From positions 1-50,407 of the forward strand of contig JAHDYR010000060.1 of the NCBI GenBank assembly GCA_019828565.1: a stretch of 50,407 nucleotides of DNA. The letters are read 5' to 3'. Below, piece after piece: positions 34,200 to 46,500 of this stretch; the stretch's first letter is position 1; each line of letters begins with the position of its first letter. The notes beneath the pieces are model-generated. The model ran no database searches. It saw nothing but the letters and a program-made list of their open reading frames with translations, and was not told the DNA's origin. A program made the translations under genes and the position numbers. The DNA comes from Carpediemonas membranifera BICM. Its lineage: Eukaryota; Protista; Fornicata.

Positions 34200-36769
34200 A
34201 TAAAAAATGTGGTACCATATCTCGTCGATGACAACATTGCAGAACATTTCGCCAACAGTAGATGTGTATCATAGCCTATAAGGGCTAATGGTATGCTTCA
34301 TCATTATCGACGCCGGCGAAGGTGCCCAAAGACGTTGTGAAAGGGGAGCTTTCTCAAATCCTCTTCTGTGTGAAACTGAACTCCTCAGGGGATGCAGATT
34401 GCAAAACCCTTTACCATTTTCCTCTAGCTGCTCTCGTTGGCGAGGTAGCCTTTTCTTACACCTTCACTTTCGCGATCTAGGTCAATATTGACCGTGAAAT
34501 TCAGATTCAACTTTTTGTGCAAGCTCAGAACTCGACAACGAGACTAGCTATCAGCAGTCTAACTTCAGGAGGTGTTATAGATCCTTGTTACAGGCATTTC
34601 TGCCGCTTTTCAGCTCCAAGATGTCGCAATCGCAGTAATCGCGTTTCGTGAAAATTCCGTGAAATGTGAAAATGTGAAATTTCACAGTTCGTAATCGCTA
34701 ATGTGATGATCATGCCGCTGGTGGTTTGCACTGGGTACTTTATTAGACACTATACACATCCCCTGAACACCTCAGAATGTTGTTCTGCAGCACACAAACT
34801 TCAAACTCATTTGTGCCACTTTTTTTTTCTTGGTGGCACAAAATGGTCTCGGGAGAAAAACATCAAAAAAAGTAACTTTGTACCTCTCGCACCTGTATCA
34901 TGGCAGGAGGTCAGAGACACCATCGAAAAATTGTTTTTCGCATTAAATACAATTTTAGGTCGATTGGTGTTCGGTCATGGACAGGTCCGGTATCCCATTA
35001 TCCCACAGCCGATAGACGCGGGTAACTGCCCAAGCTCGTGAATGACCATTTTCGCCACTCTCCACCCGGCCTGGGCGCTACCTCATCCGCTGAATGATGA
35101 CCAGAAGGACTCTAGAGCGCATTAGACCTCCAACTTGCATTCAACGCGCTTCCTATCACAATGGCACCCGCCATAGAGCATAGAGTTATGACCTCAAAAG
35201 TTCATACCTGTGGACTTTATGAGACTTGTGTCTTCTCCGGTGACCTTGCGTGTGATTTAGCGGGGGTGTGAGTGTTCCCCACAAGTGCTGGTCTGCCTCT
35301 TCTGCGTCCGCATTTATCACGGTCCTTGCACTGCACATCCCTAAGTCCCTATATCGCTAATTGGGGTAGCAGGGGAGGCAGTGAGTCTCATACACCAGCG
35401 AATATTATGACATTCTGAGAAGTTCCATTTGTTTCACCTGGCTGGGGTCAGTTCTTAGCGCTTTGACAGGCAGCCTGGAATTCGCTGTTCCCAATTCTTG
35501 TTCCTGCTCATGCCCCGAGACCCTTTGTTGCTGTCACATGCACAGATGGGCCAGGATTTATCAGTTCTTGTTGTGCACTTTAAGGATCGCAACGAGTGAA
35601 ACGAACAACAAGTGTTACCGACTATCGAATAACGCTATTCCAACGGCACAGAACGGGTTTATAGCATGCATATGAGCCATTCTGGTGTCTTCTTCATCAA
35701 CAACCAACATCAAGTCAGCTAAATGGAGTTTGTGAAAGAACTTCCATCCAGATACATCGAGAACGAAAATGAAGCATATAACCAACATCAACAACCTAAT
35801 AGAAGGCTGCATGCAGCGTAGAGACTCTCCTAGTCGATTCTTCATTTTCAAAAGCATCGATCTCCACGTCAGGATGAACCTGTGCGCCCAAAAGCTCAGA
35901 GATGCCGTTATAGATGATATAACGACGTCTCTGAGATTTTCAGCGATGTCAGTTTCTGGCCACCTCCAAGTTCTGGATAAGCTACAATCCTGTCAATGTT
36001 GTCCTCAGAGGACACTAAAAAATTTTAATCTGTGTCCTCTGAGGACCAAATTGACAAAATCGAAAATGGAGCGATGAGATGCCCATCGAAAAACGGCCAA
36101 AACAGCGCAGGTGCAGAATGAGCTGAAAATCGGCCAAGGGGTAGCTCTTGGGTCTTTATGGCTGCTGCGAGGTGTTTACATATCGTTCGAGTCTATTTAC
36201 CGAGATATACGTAAAGCAAAATTAGAGTTCAGACTACTTCTGCCTGAAAAGCAGTATGGCGGGTCCTTAGACTGTGCTGACCCGGGCCCAGCAATTTTAC
36301 GATAATGAATTGGCGTATTTAGGTTGATATACGTAAACAAAAAAATACATGGGGCGCACTTCAAGGTAAACACAGTACAAGTTCAATCACACCACATCAA
36401 ATGGTTTAGGAGATGGTTTGGGAGACATTTAGTCTCATGAGTCGTGGTGCATCCCTCCCATCTTCCTGTCTCGACATAATATCAATCCGAGGACTAATGT
36501 TGGAGTCACGTCAACAATACTCTCATGTTCAATAAGACGTTCTTGGCTATTTAATGCTTCTCTGCGTCGACTATGCGTATTCAATCGCGAGATTGGGCTT
36601 TCTGTTTAACATTATGGCGCGACTGGAAAGATTAGATTGATCTGACACACTCGAATAGCTTTCAAAGAGTCAGAGAGGACAATTTGTAGTGATCTTAGCC
36701 ATTGCTGAGTTATATTCAGTCACCTATCCGTTCGGTTCAGAGCGGAAAATAAAATTGTGAGACTTAAAG

Positions 36770-37131
36770 TCGCATTGAACAACTCCGTGGTCATGTATAA
36801 AGAATTTAGCCTGCATTAGATGACTAATATAACTGAGTTGGACACCAGGATTGACCTAACAGACGTTGGAGACGACAGTGCGGTCGACAGGAGGAGTATC
36901 CAGGCTGAGACACGGTCGACAACGACTACATCGGTGACAGGGAGGACATATGGATAGTATTTGAGCATGTGAGTAAGCGTGAAGTTCTGATCAGGATGAT
37001 GCGAGGGTGGGTCATAAACATTGATGAGATCCTACCACTTTCGAGGCCCAAAGTCGCTCAAGTATTGCTTACTGTTACCTGCAGAGTAGCCCTGTATTGT
37101 TCAGTGCCTTTCAATCAAGCTCAAACACCAT
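36770..37131 (-). pseudogene. Decayed remnant of the kinase 5' region
   Basis: AACTCCGTGGTCATG and GACAGGGAGGACAT match ~10008 and ~10164. Same distance from the right TIR. Confidence 0.65.
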
Positions 37132-37531
37132 GCACAGGTAGCTGTGCGAAATTCGGTCTTAAAGTGCATTTTGCGACAGCTACCTGTGCGTCGCTACGAG
37201 GGAAGCAGCAGCGGAAATAAAGACAGGAATACCTTATAAATAGCATTTATCGACAACATCAGTGATTCTCTTGGCGAAAAGTGGTCTCAGTGCAGAGAAG
37301 CATTTCGTGAAAATGTGTGAAAAATGCAGAAGCTCACAGATGCATGGAAAGCATGTATAGTGATGTCCTGTACATCCAGGGGTGTTCAGTGCCATCTCTT
37401 TCGTGTTCTTGCGCCTTGTGAAAATGGTGAAAAGATTTCACTGAATCTAATGTTTTCACCATTTTTTTTCGTGAAAACGGACTTCCTCATGATTTCCTCA
37501 GGCATCGAAACCCCGTTTTTAACAGTATGAT

Positions 37532-38072
37532 AGCATCTGCCGAAGAACTCGTCCGACTGCAGTGCGACAAGCGACTCCAGGACATGTATGCGTCCTTTGG
37601 CCTCAAGGAGTCATCGGACCCGTCGCAGGTCGAGCAGCTGGTGGACACGGGGGGCAACCCACTTGCCATTGTCACGATGGAGGGCACGATGGGTCCCAAC
37701 AAGTGGACCAACCTCGGCAAGAGCCTGACAGAGTGCTGTGGGATGATAATGCAAGGCTCTACGTTGATCCGCGTGACCAACCATGGTAATAGACTTGATC
37801 AGCACGCTCATGGGATGCCTGCTTCCGACAAGAGGAGTGTTGACTCGTTCGTGGAACGCACCCGTGTGTCCGTGCGCCGTGAACGTGCGGCAAAACGGCC
37901 TAACGTCACCCGCATCAGGCAGAAGTTGATGATTATCCGCCATTACAACCTTCGTTCTTTCACGCTGGTCAAAGAGATCAAGGAAACGAGGACCGAGATG
38001 CGTAAGGAGAAGAAAGCCAACTTCTGGGACAGTGAATGGAATATTTCCGTTGAGGATGACGAAGAAGTGTAA
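37532..38072 (+). CDS. GNAT acetyltransferase of element B, 3' part
   Basis: In frame with 33378-33762 after removing the insertion and one TSD copy. Homologous to 784-1461. Confidence 0.8.
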
Positions 38073-38096
38073 ATGAAATGAAAATAAAACAAGAAT

Positions 38097-38858
38097 TTAT
38101 AGCTCCTGTGCCGAACACTCTAAGTAGTAATTCATGATGGCTTGGTATACCTTGCGACGCAGCGCATCACGCGATTCTGCCTCAGCACGTTCCGCATTCC
38201 GCTTGGCAATGACAGAAGTGAGCTGACTGAGTGTCTTAGCCTCCTTCTTCAGAACTCTGGTGGGTCTGGCGAAGATGAGATCCGCGTCGCGGTCACGGCA
38301 AGGCTTGCTCAGGACGAGCTTGACGTCATCGACCGTCACACCGCACGATGAAGCAGCGAAGGCATGGACCTTAGCCCGGTAGGCGATGGGAATGCGGTGA
38401 AAGGCATCATCCATCTCGCGGACAGTCGCGATGAGTGGGTCGTCCGTGTCCAGCTCATCTGTCTGGGCGTCAAGACTGAGGAGAGCCTTGAAGCGGTGAC
38501 GCTTGTCCTCATCACCGCCTCCCTGCCACTTGCGGCTGATCTCTTCGACCGACTGGAGATTGCCGTAGAGCTTGTCCTTCTTCAAGGAGGCTACTTTCAT
38601 CTTAGGGACCTCGGCGGCAAACTTCTGGCTGAAGTCGACAACCCATCCGTTTGCGCGGGTAATATCGTCATTATTAAGGAGGAAATTGCTGATAAAGGTC
38701 TGAACGATCTCGATGGGCGTCTTGTGAGCTTTTCGGGCTGTTTTCGTGGACTTGTTGGACTTGCTCTGGCTCTTTTGCTGCGCTTTCTTGCCAAGAGCCA
38801 TTCTCCTCTCCTTTTGAGCTTCAGTGGCCTGTATATTGCCTTGTTTACTTCTTGCCAT
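38097..38858 (-). CDS. Hypothetical protein with basic, H3-like N-terminus (MARSKQ...KTARKA)
   Basis: Intact 253-aa ORF with a homolog at 1476-2233. Confidence 0.8.
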   Translation of the reverse strand: MARSKQGNIQATEAQKERRMALGKKAQQKSQSKSNKSTKTARKAHKTPIEIVQTFISNFLLNNDDITRANGWVVDFSQKFAAEVPKMKVASLKKDKLYGNLQSVEEISRKWQGGGDEDKRHRFKALLSLDAQTDELDTDDPLIATVREMDDAFHRIPIAYRAKVHAFAASSCGVTVDDVKLVLSKPCRDRDADLIFARPTRVLKKEAKTLSQLTSVIAKRNAERAEAESRDALRRKVYQAIMNYYLECSAQEL

Positions 38859-39538
38859 CGTTGTTTCCTTAAAATGCGTGTGAAAATGTGAAATGAACTG
38901 TGACTCTCGACATTGCTGCGCAGCTATGGTATTCCAACGGCACAGAACGGGTTTATAGCATGCATATGATCCATTCTGGTGCCTTTATCCTCTATAACCA
39001 ACATAAGTCCATCAAAATGAATCTTGCAACAGAGTACTCATCCACACGCATCGAGAACGAAAAATAAGCATATAACCAACATCAACAACCTAATAGAAGG
39101 CTGCATGCAAGCGTAGAGCTCTCCTAGTCAATTCTTCATTTTCACCACCATCGATCTCCACGTCAGGATGAAACCGTGCGCCCAAAAGCTCAGAGATGCC
39201 GTTATAGATGATATAACGACGTCTCTGAGCTTTTCAGCGATTTCAGTTTCTGGCCATGGATAAGCTACAAATCCTGTCAATGTTGTCCTCAGAGGACACT
39301 GAAAAATTTAATCTGTGTCCTCTGAGGACCAAATTGACAAAATCGAAAAATGGAGCGATGAGATGCCCATCGAAAAACGGCCAAAACAGCGCAGGTGCAG
39401 AATGAGCTGAAAATCGGCCAAGGGGTAGCTCTTGGGTCTTTATGGCTGATCGGAGGTATTTAAATGACAGCTGGCAATATTTATTGAGATAAAACGTATT
39501 TCATTTTTCGAGAAAGTCTTCTGAGGACCAAATTGACA

Positions 39539-41715
39539 ATGGTTAACGAAGACATCATCTCTCTCGGCAAACTGAAGGAGACAATGCTTGCTCCTGACGA
39601 TTCTGGTATGTCACTTTCATTTTCACGGTCCTATTTACACAGATGATTCATTCCGTGCATACGACGCCCTTTCGTCCACAAAGAGCCGTATAACCTGGCT
39701 GCAAGATCACGGCATCGTCTCTGATGACCCTCTGTTCTTCGTTTGCGTCCGTCTGATCAGCATTCGTACGATCAACGTTGTTTTCGGGTTCCCGTTGAAG
39801 CGCACTTTAAGCCAGCACGTTCACGACTATGGAGTTGCCAAACTACGCGCGATATGTGACGCAACTAACCGCAACTACCTCTGCGAGGTCGACTTTGACT
39901 CTCCCGACACAATTGAGGCATTCCGACGGAAGTTTTGTGACCACTTCACCGCCAAATCTGTTCATAAGGCTCTAGTCGGCGTCGACTCGCTCCCTGTTGA
40001 GAAGCAGGTTGAGATTTACCGCGCATTCCACCTTGTGTTGCGCCACAAGGACTCGAAGAAACTCGATTCTCGTGTTCCGGCAGGCCAATTTGGCCAGTTT
40101 ATCGCCCACGCCCAGCTCAGCAAGAAGCTGTCCTTCGCTGGCTCAGAGAAGCTGGCCGAGGAGTTGGCTAAGATCGGTTCGCTCGATCCGTCAGCTCCTC
40201 TGAAGAGGAAGATCGCTCGTCTTGAGAAGGAGCTCGCCTCATCGACTGCTGCTCTGATGAAGGTCCAAGAGGAGTTAGTCCGGGCCCAGGATCGCTCAGC
40301 AGCAGCCACCAAGCCTTCTTCCGTCGTTGCTGCCCCTCAGCCGCTTCCGGTTGTCGACGCAGAGTCCACGACACACGATGAATTTTCCGACACTGACGAG
40401 TCCGAGTCCGATGGCCACTCTGAACCGGCCGCCATGCAGGGTGACGGCGTTCCTTTGCCACAGTCTGATCAAGACGTCGACGTAGAGTCCGATGTGGACG
40501 ACACAGACACCGTTGGTTCTCTCCTTCAGCAGCTAGACGACACCATTGCAGGCCTTGATGATGTCCCTGAGTCTGTGCGCTTGTTGGAGCAGTACGAGCC
40601 CTTGATAAAACGGCTTGCTGAGGAGAGGGAGGCGAGGGAGGCGCTTGAACAGGCTAACAGAGAGTCTGAGGAGTCCCAGAAGAGACTTGAAGCTGAGTTA
40701 GGTCAGCAGAAGGCCGAGGATCAGGCGATCCATCAGTTTACTCAAGCAGAGTTGGCACGCGCGAGTGAGGCTGGGCTTGAAGCGCTCGCCGATGAACTCG
40801 AGGACAACTGGGCTGAGCTTGTCAGGCGCGCCGAGGAGGCAACAGTGGAGCTTGACCGCTACGTTCCTCTCGCTGCCTTGATGGTACTGTTCCAGAGGAA
40901 CAATGTGACTGGAGCCTTATGGACTCGGATCAATAGCACCATGATGAGGTACGGGGGCCAGAAGTTCATAACGGTCCCACCTCTCGACCTCGGTCTGTCG
41001 CCAGAGATGAAGGCTATCATCAAACAGCACTCTCCGACGCCTGCCAATGTTCCCCCCTATGCAGATATACTTACGGAGCGACGTTGATAGGCAGAAGTAC
41101 ATCGACGTGGAGTACGACAAGGTAGGCGAGCGAGTTCTCAAAGATCGTAAGAGTTGGCGGAAGATTGCAGTCAACCCGGATGGATTGTGCATCGGCTACT
41201 GCCTGCAGAAGGTTGAGAATGGCGAGTTCGACAAGAAGTTTGCGGCAGAGGAAGTGGCAGCAGTGAGGGAGGAGGTGCGCGCCTGGGGATTCTCCGATGC
41301 TGGCGAGAGGCTGAGGCTTGAGACGTCTAACGTGTTCGTGCCCACCCTGATGTTCGACGATGCCACTGATTGGTACAGCAACTTTGGTGTCATGGCCTGG
41401 TCAGCTCTGAAGAGCAAGACTGTAGTCGTTATCTGGGTCAAGATGTTGACGTACCATGACAAGTATATTGTGCGGATGCATTTGACGGAAGTTTATGAGT
41501 CCGGCATGGTCCGGCGTGGATCTGATGAAGATGTGGCTGCGGCGCAAGCTATTGTGGTCGTCAAGGATGAGCATGCGACGCTATTTGTCCGCAAACGTTC
41601 AAAGGGTGGTAAGAGAAAGGCTCATACGACTTATATCAAGCGCAAGGCAGTCGATAAGGATCGCGAAAAGAGAGTTGTTGATGCCGAGGACGTTAAGCGT
41701 GGAGTTCCCGAGTAA
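39539..41715 (+). CDS. Coiled-coil protein probably fused to an OTU-like protease (intron 39606-39642; frameshift ~41052)
   Basis: GTATGT...TTTACACAG intron restores the frame from ATG 39539. KIAVNPDGLCIGYCL and VVVKDEHATL. The frame change lies at a C-run. AGTAAA overlaps the stop. Confidence 0.65.
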
Positions 41716-41740
41716 AAAAGAGATGTTTTGACATTTTAAT

Positions 41741-42549
41741 TCATTTCTTCCGCTTCTTGAGTGCCGGATACTGCTCCAGGAACCTTGTGAGATAGTTTGG
41801 ATGAGAAATGGGCAGACTCGGGAACCTAGCAATGGTTAAGACCTCACCCGCATCAAAGAAGATCTCGCCGTAACTGATACGAAGAAACTCTTCGGCCTGA
41901 ATGACGTTCGTCGACTCAACCGCAAGGACTGGAAGGTCCTTGAGCAAACGGTTGGTGAACTGGCAGTTGGTGTCACTCTCACTGTGGTTGATGAGGTGTA
42001 CACCAATGCCTTCACCTTCGCCGGCGTCGACGTGAATGTTGCTAGCGTCGAATGAAATGCGGTGTAAAGGCATAATGAACAATGAACAAACACCATGTTG
42101 CTGTTATTCGCGTGGTAGTCCTCGTCGGACACAATCCTACCGGCGTAAATGCCGAGGAGCTTTCCGGGCTCAATTGCGGCAGTTGCAATGAGGCCTCTAC
42201 CCACGTCCGTGTGGTCGGGAGCCAGACAAGGCTGCACCTCAACGGCAATGGAGGGGTGGGTCAGCCGGGTGGATAACCAACTCGGGGGTTCGAGGGGAGG
42301 AAGGTCCTTCTCGGCCTCCTTAAGCTCCCTGATCGACTCCTCGGGAGTGTTTGGGTAGATCGCGGCGACCAGATCCGGATGCAGTGCCTGAGTATGCACA
42401 ACGGATTCAATGATGGAATCTTCGCTTGAGGAATCCTCCTGAGAATCATTTGAAGGCGCAGACGGCGGCGTCTTGCCCGCAGTGGACGTAATGGGTATTC
42501 TGATACCCCCAGGCTGCGGCTTTGGTGGGAGCGCCTTTCTTCTCGCCAT
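41741..42549 (-). CDS. SET-domain protein (candidate intron 42060-42091)
   Basis: GRGLIA..GKLLGIYAG, LINHS, EFLRISY. Removing GTTTGT...TTTACACCG joins the two ORFs; the acceptor reads CG rather than AG. Confidence 0.85.
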
Positions 42550-42735
42550 CTGATTATTTTTGCAAACGGACACGCGGTATTTCTCGGGATTGATGGGGCC
42601 GTCTCACACCGTAAAGGACACACATACAATATCTTATCTGTAACACCAGAATGCTTGCTTATTGTGGTCCATATCCTTCCCTATAGCTGGTTCGGCCAAC
42701 TACCAGTGTTGGAAAAAAAAAGTGGTAGTTGCCAA

Positions 42736-43539
42736 ATGGAGAGGAAATTTGGCAAATTCGGTACCAGACGCATCAGCGACCATCCTCTCACGTATGAATG
42801 CGTCTGTGGAATCACTAGGCCGCGTTCTGACATTCGCAACCAGGGCCTGAAGGAATATGACGGAATCAGGTACACGCATGACTGCCCCTTCACCCTGAGC
42901 AAGCTTGTGAACCGCCGCATCGTTATCCTGCTCGAGCCAGTCCATGGCTTCGAAGCACCTACTTGTGCGAACCCGGTCTTCACTGTCACCGGGCTTGCTG
43001 GCTCCGAGGGGTACCACAAGCGCATGAAGGCCATCCTTGATCTCGTCAGCGATGAGTGGCTCACCACGGTTGCCGTCAGTTTCGTCTCGACGACCCACCT
43101 CGGCTCCATACTGCAACAGTTGGCTGCAGAATTCGCCAATTTCGAGACATTCTGGGTTGTTTCTGGCCACAGCGAGACCACAACGTCGAGAATGATCGTT
43201 AATGCGAGCGCTAACGAGTTCCTGTACCTTCACGATATCGTACAGATGATCCTCTTCGCTTTCCGTGAGCCATCCCTCGTCACCACCAGCCGGGTTCGGC
43301 TCATCTACTTCGCCACCTGTACCGGAGCGGACAATAGCGAGTTCTCTCTGCTTAAGCAGTCCATTTCGACCCAGGCATACGAGCATACGTGCATCATTCT
43401 CACTCCGGAGAAAATGCTTGCCAACGAACTCGTCCTGCAGGACTGCTTTTGGCTCTACCGCACTACATGCATGGACAACCCGCTCCACTTCGTCTCGCGT
43501 TACTTCTCCGGCTATGGGCTCGCACCTGGCACAGCAGGG
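42736..43539 (+). CDS. Caspase/CHAT-like protease of element B, 5' part
   Basis: FWVVSGH and LIYFATC. Clear homolog of 5858-6852. Confidence 0.65.
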
Positions 43540-46500
43540 TGACGTTGTCGGTGGGAAACATTTTAATCTCGACACAATGGTGTCGTAATCATCAACTGAT
43601 TAAATGATAAGGAGTCTACGACATCCTGCTCCTCCCCCGCTCCGAGGTGTTCAACGGCTTCCATCGAATCCTATGTTGCCGGAGGTAGTCGGAAATTGGG
43701 CCGACCTTGGCATTGTCGCGTGTCAGTGGTTCCCATGTCGTCTGGGTGTAGCCCTCCCACTTAATGAGTAGGGTGTGGTCTCGAGTGTTGTGCTCAAGTA
43801 CTTGTTCTACAATGTATCTCTCGTCGTCGGAGGCGGCATACTGTCTCGCCAACTCCAGGGAGATGTCAGGGCAGAGGGAAATCTTGTCCAGATGCGTGAA
43901 TTGCCTCTCGTCATTGAGTAGGGACGCTACTTCAACAGCGTTGTTGCTGTGGATTGCGTGAACCTTGAATGGGCCGAGTAGGCCGTGCAGCTTGTGCTTG
44001 ACAGCTGGTTTGATGAACACTAGGTCACCTGACCTAATAGCTGGGCGTGTTGGGGCAGGGCCCAGCCTCTCCTCCCTCTTGTTGCACTGAGTTATAACCT
44101 TGTCCAGATTGTCCTGGACGTGAGCTAGTCGATCGAGATATTGCGCGATATCGGGTCTCTCTAGCGCCGCTTGTTGATTTCTGACCAAACCGATCTCTGC
44201 TCGGCGGCCGTAGACGACCTCGTGCGGCGATACGCCGAGCTTCGTGTGTGTTGATGTGTTCAAGATGTGTTGGACGAAGGGGAGGAGTTGGCTCCACTCT
44301 CCATAGCCGTCCATAGCCAGCGCCAGCCATCTGAGGTGACGTCCGACTTCCGCGTTCCGGCGCTCGACCACCCCGTTACTTTGAGGATGGTATGGCAACG
44401 TCCGCTGGTGGTGCGCTCCGAGCTGTTCAATCAGGAGGCTCACGACCTGATTAACATACTCTGTTCCGTTGTCACTCTTGATGTAGCTTGGGATGCCGTG
44501 GCGGGTGACGGCCAGCCATAGGGCGTCGACCGCGCTCTGGGCATTGTTTGCGGTTGCCGCATGCAGCTCTGTGTAGCGTGTGTAGAGGTCCGTGATGACG
44601 TAGATGAACTTGGCCCCATACGCGTCCTCCGACAGCGGTCCCACCGTGTCGATGGCTATGGTGTTCCAGAACGAGTCTTGAATGGTGCGCCCCTCTGGGG
44701 CTGACAAGAACTGCTTGAGCCTTGTCTTGGCACAGGTGGGGCACTGCTGGACGAAGTTGCTCACGTCTCTAGCGCGGCCGGGCCACCAGGCGACCTCGGC
44801 TACCCGTTGAAGCGTATCAGCTCTGCCGCCATGTCTGCTGTGGGCGGCTTTGATCAGCTTGTGTCGTAGCGCTCTGGCGTCTTTGGGGAGGACGGGGACG
44901 GCATCCTTCACCCAGGTGTTGTTGTTGATGGTGGCACCAGCGCGTCGCCAAGAATCCTTCTCCTCTTGGGAGGTGTTCTTTTGAGCAGAACTAATCTCAT
45001 CGTTCCAATCTGTAAGCTCCACGGCTAGTGCGTCGATGCGGGACATCAAGTCCGCGGTCTCGTTATCAAGACCGGCGATATGTTCGATTGTATACTGATA
45101 ATCCGATAGTAACAGCGACCAAAGGAGGATCTTATCGTTCTTAAGCTTCTTCTGATCAAGATACACAAGGTTCTTGTGATCAGTCTGAATTGTCAGATTT
45201 GGGTGAATCCTGAAGAGCTGGCCAAGATCTGGTCTGGTCAGGCAGTGTATGATTGCGAACAGCTCCTGTTCGTAGGTACTCCACCTTGTCTGAGTCTTGT
45301 TGAAGGATCCCGAGAAGAACGAGACTATCTCTTGGCGTCCGTCGTCCCCCTCCTGAGTGAGGATGCCACCGAATCCTATATCTGAGGCGTCCGTCTGGAG
45401 CACCCACTTCTTGTTGAGGTCCGGATGGACCAGTACTAGGTACTTCTCGAGGCGTCTCTTGAACTCGTCAAGTGCCTCATCATGAATCGATGACCAATCG
45501 GCGCCATCGGTGGCCGACCGCAAGTCATTGATGGGAGATAGTACTCTACTAGCGTCAGGAACAAATTTCGCTACGTAGTTCAGCGAACCACACATTGAAA
45601 GAAGTCCTTTCTTCGTCGTTGGCGTTTTCAGGGCATGGATTCCCTCCACGCGTTCCTTGCTTAGCTTTAGGCCCTCTGTATTACAGATGAAGCCTAGCAT
45701 CTCTCCACCTCCTCCACGCCAATCTTGCATTTCGGCGCTTTGAGCCGGAGGCGATGTTCCTTGCAGATATCAAGGACGTTGTGCAGCCGTTCTAGGAACT
45801 CCTCCTTCGTGCGGCCATATATCATGACATCGTCGATGTAGATAGCCACGCCGTGGTGTAGCTCCTTCGCGAAGGCCTTCTCCATACATCTCTGAAAGTG
45901 TGATGGGGCGTTGCAGAGGCCAAACGGGAGTCTCTCGAACTCCTCGTACGCATCCGGGGTGATAAAGGCGGTCTTGGGGATGTCCTCCTCCTTAACCTTG
46001 ACTTGATAGTAACCTTGTCTCAGGTCGAGACTGGCGTAGTACTCTGCGCCTGCGGCTTCCCGCAGGTACGCCCTGATGTCAGGTAGCGGGTACCTATCCC
46101 GCTTCGTGTGACGGTTGATGACGGTGTAGTCTACACATAGGCGAATCTTGGTCGACCCCTTGTGCCCGTTCGAAACCACCACTACGGGCGAGGCATATGG
46201 CCCGTGACTGTGGCGGATAATGTGCTGGAGGTGCATCTGCGTGACCTCCTGGCGCACCTTCTCTCGCTTTTCCTCCGAGAGGTGTCTCGGTTTTTGGTTG
46301 AACTCATTCACCCAGTCGTCGGAAATGAAATCAATAGACATCGGTTCAAGCTTGCTGCCTTCTGTAGGGAGCTCTTCCTCGAACACTTCTTCGTATGCAG
46401 CGCAGATCTCTCGTGCTGCTGCGCCGGTTTTCGTTCTCGCCGAACTCGATCTTATCGATTTCGGTCTTGATGCTCCTATTATCAGCGTGTTCCGCCGATA

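Larger units (their letters stand above)
33763..37529 (+). mobile_element. Non-autonomous 3767-bp element with family A ends
   Basis: 49-bp perfect TIRs and AT duplication (33761-62 / 37530-31). Removing it restores LSIASAEELVRLQCD. The right ~400 bp match 10340-10744. No long ORF. Confidence 0.95.
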
